DNA from: Octopus sinensis | Taxonomy: Eukaryota | Direction of reading: 5' to 3' | DNA length: 64,000 bases | Assembly (NCBI RefSeq): GCF_006345805.1 | Contig: NC_043010.1 | Location: 17,918,001 to 17,982,000 of the forward strand | Part shown: positions 63,630-64,000 of the stretch, piece by piece | How the letters are laid out: every line of letters begins with the position of its first letter | How positions within the stretch are numbered: position 1 is the stretch's first letter | Notes under the pieces: generated by a model | What the model was told of the DNA's origin: nothing | What the model saw: only the letters and a program-made list of their open reading frames with translations | Database searches by the model: none | Made by a program: the position numbers and the translations under genes

Positions 63630-64000
63630 CTATATAACTTAGATATGTTTCGACAAAAGATTGACTCAGGCCATGTCTAACTTAATAGCACCACCTGATA
63701 GGATTAGCTAAATCCTTTTTTAAGTCAAGTTTTGTGGTATCATGGTCCATTCGTGTAGGGAGTTCTTGAGTGAGTTGTATTCAAATATAGGTGGCTTATC
63801 TGGTATTCCTTGAAGTAATTTGTCCAGATTCCGTTTAAAGGTGATGGGATCCTTTTTTCTTTGATCTGTTTTGGGACAATGTTAAATAAGGCAGGGCCTG
63901 TTAAGAAAAACGCATTGTGTTGCAGTGTATTTATGTATTGTGATCCTGAATTGGGTAGGGGACGTATGGCCCGTGGTCCTAGCCTTGGATGAATCTTGAA
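63630..64000 (-). mobile_element. CR1/L2-group LINE 3' end (runs off the window)
   Basis: NAFFLTGPALFNIVPKQIK...GIPDKPP...NSLHEW; tail ggtggtgct...catggcc...gaaac. Confidence 0.85.

Overview
This is eukaryotic, AT-rich, microsatellite-dense genomic DNA. The SINE/LINE repertoire suggests an octopod cephalopod (inferred, not demonstrated). Only one host gene is recognisable: a two-coding-exon DEGS/DES1-family sphingolipid delta(4)-desaturase (2049-2509 + 11526-12117, + strand, 350 aa). It has three His boxes, a 21-aa N-terminal extension, a displaced myristoylation motif and some unusual residues. The rest is a dense transposon landscape. Retroelements: a Penelope-like RT/GIY-YIG element and many short pLTR-like pieces next to (TA)n, two long RTE LINE copies plus about 20 3'-tail fragments, CR1/L2-group LINE ends, a Mag-like Gypsy remnant and several tRNA-derived SINE families. 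DNA elements: a mariner transposase pseudogene, non-autonomous Helitrons, and MITEs with TA, TTAA or 8-bp target duplications. The most interesting signals are (i) minimal hammerhead-ribozyme motifs, one with a fully canonical core and two with the compensatory U3-A8 core; (ii) at least nine inverted/fold-back arrangements; (iii) GG-terminated, 8-bp-TSD Merlin-like MITEs, one CpG-rich and self-nested; (iv) a piggyBac-type MITE carrying an inverted copy of neighbouring DNA; and (v) a 3' tail shared between a LINE and the main SINE family. No CRISPR, rRNA or true tRNA genes were seen. All alignments and folds were done by eye, and boundaries of degenerate repeats are approximate.
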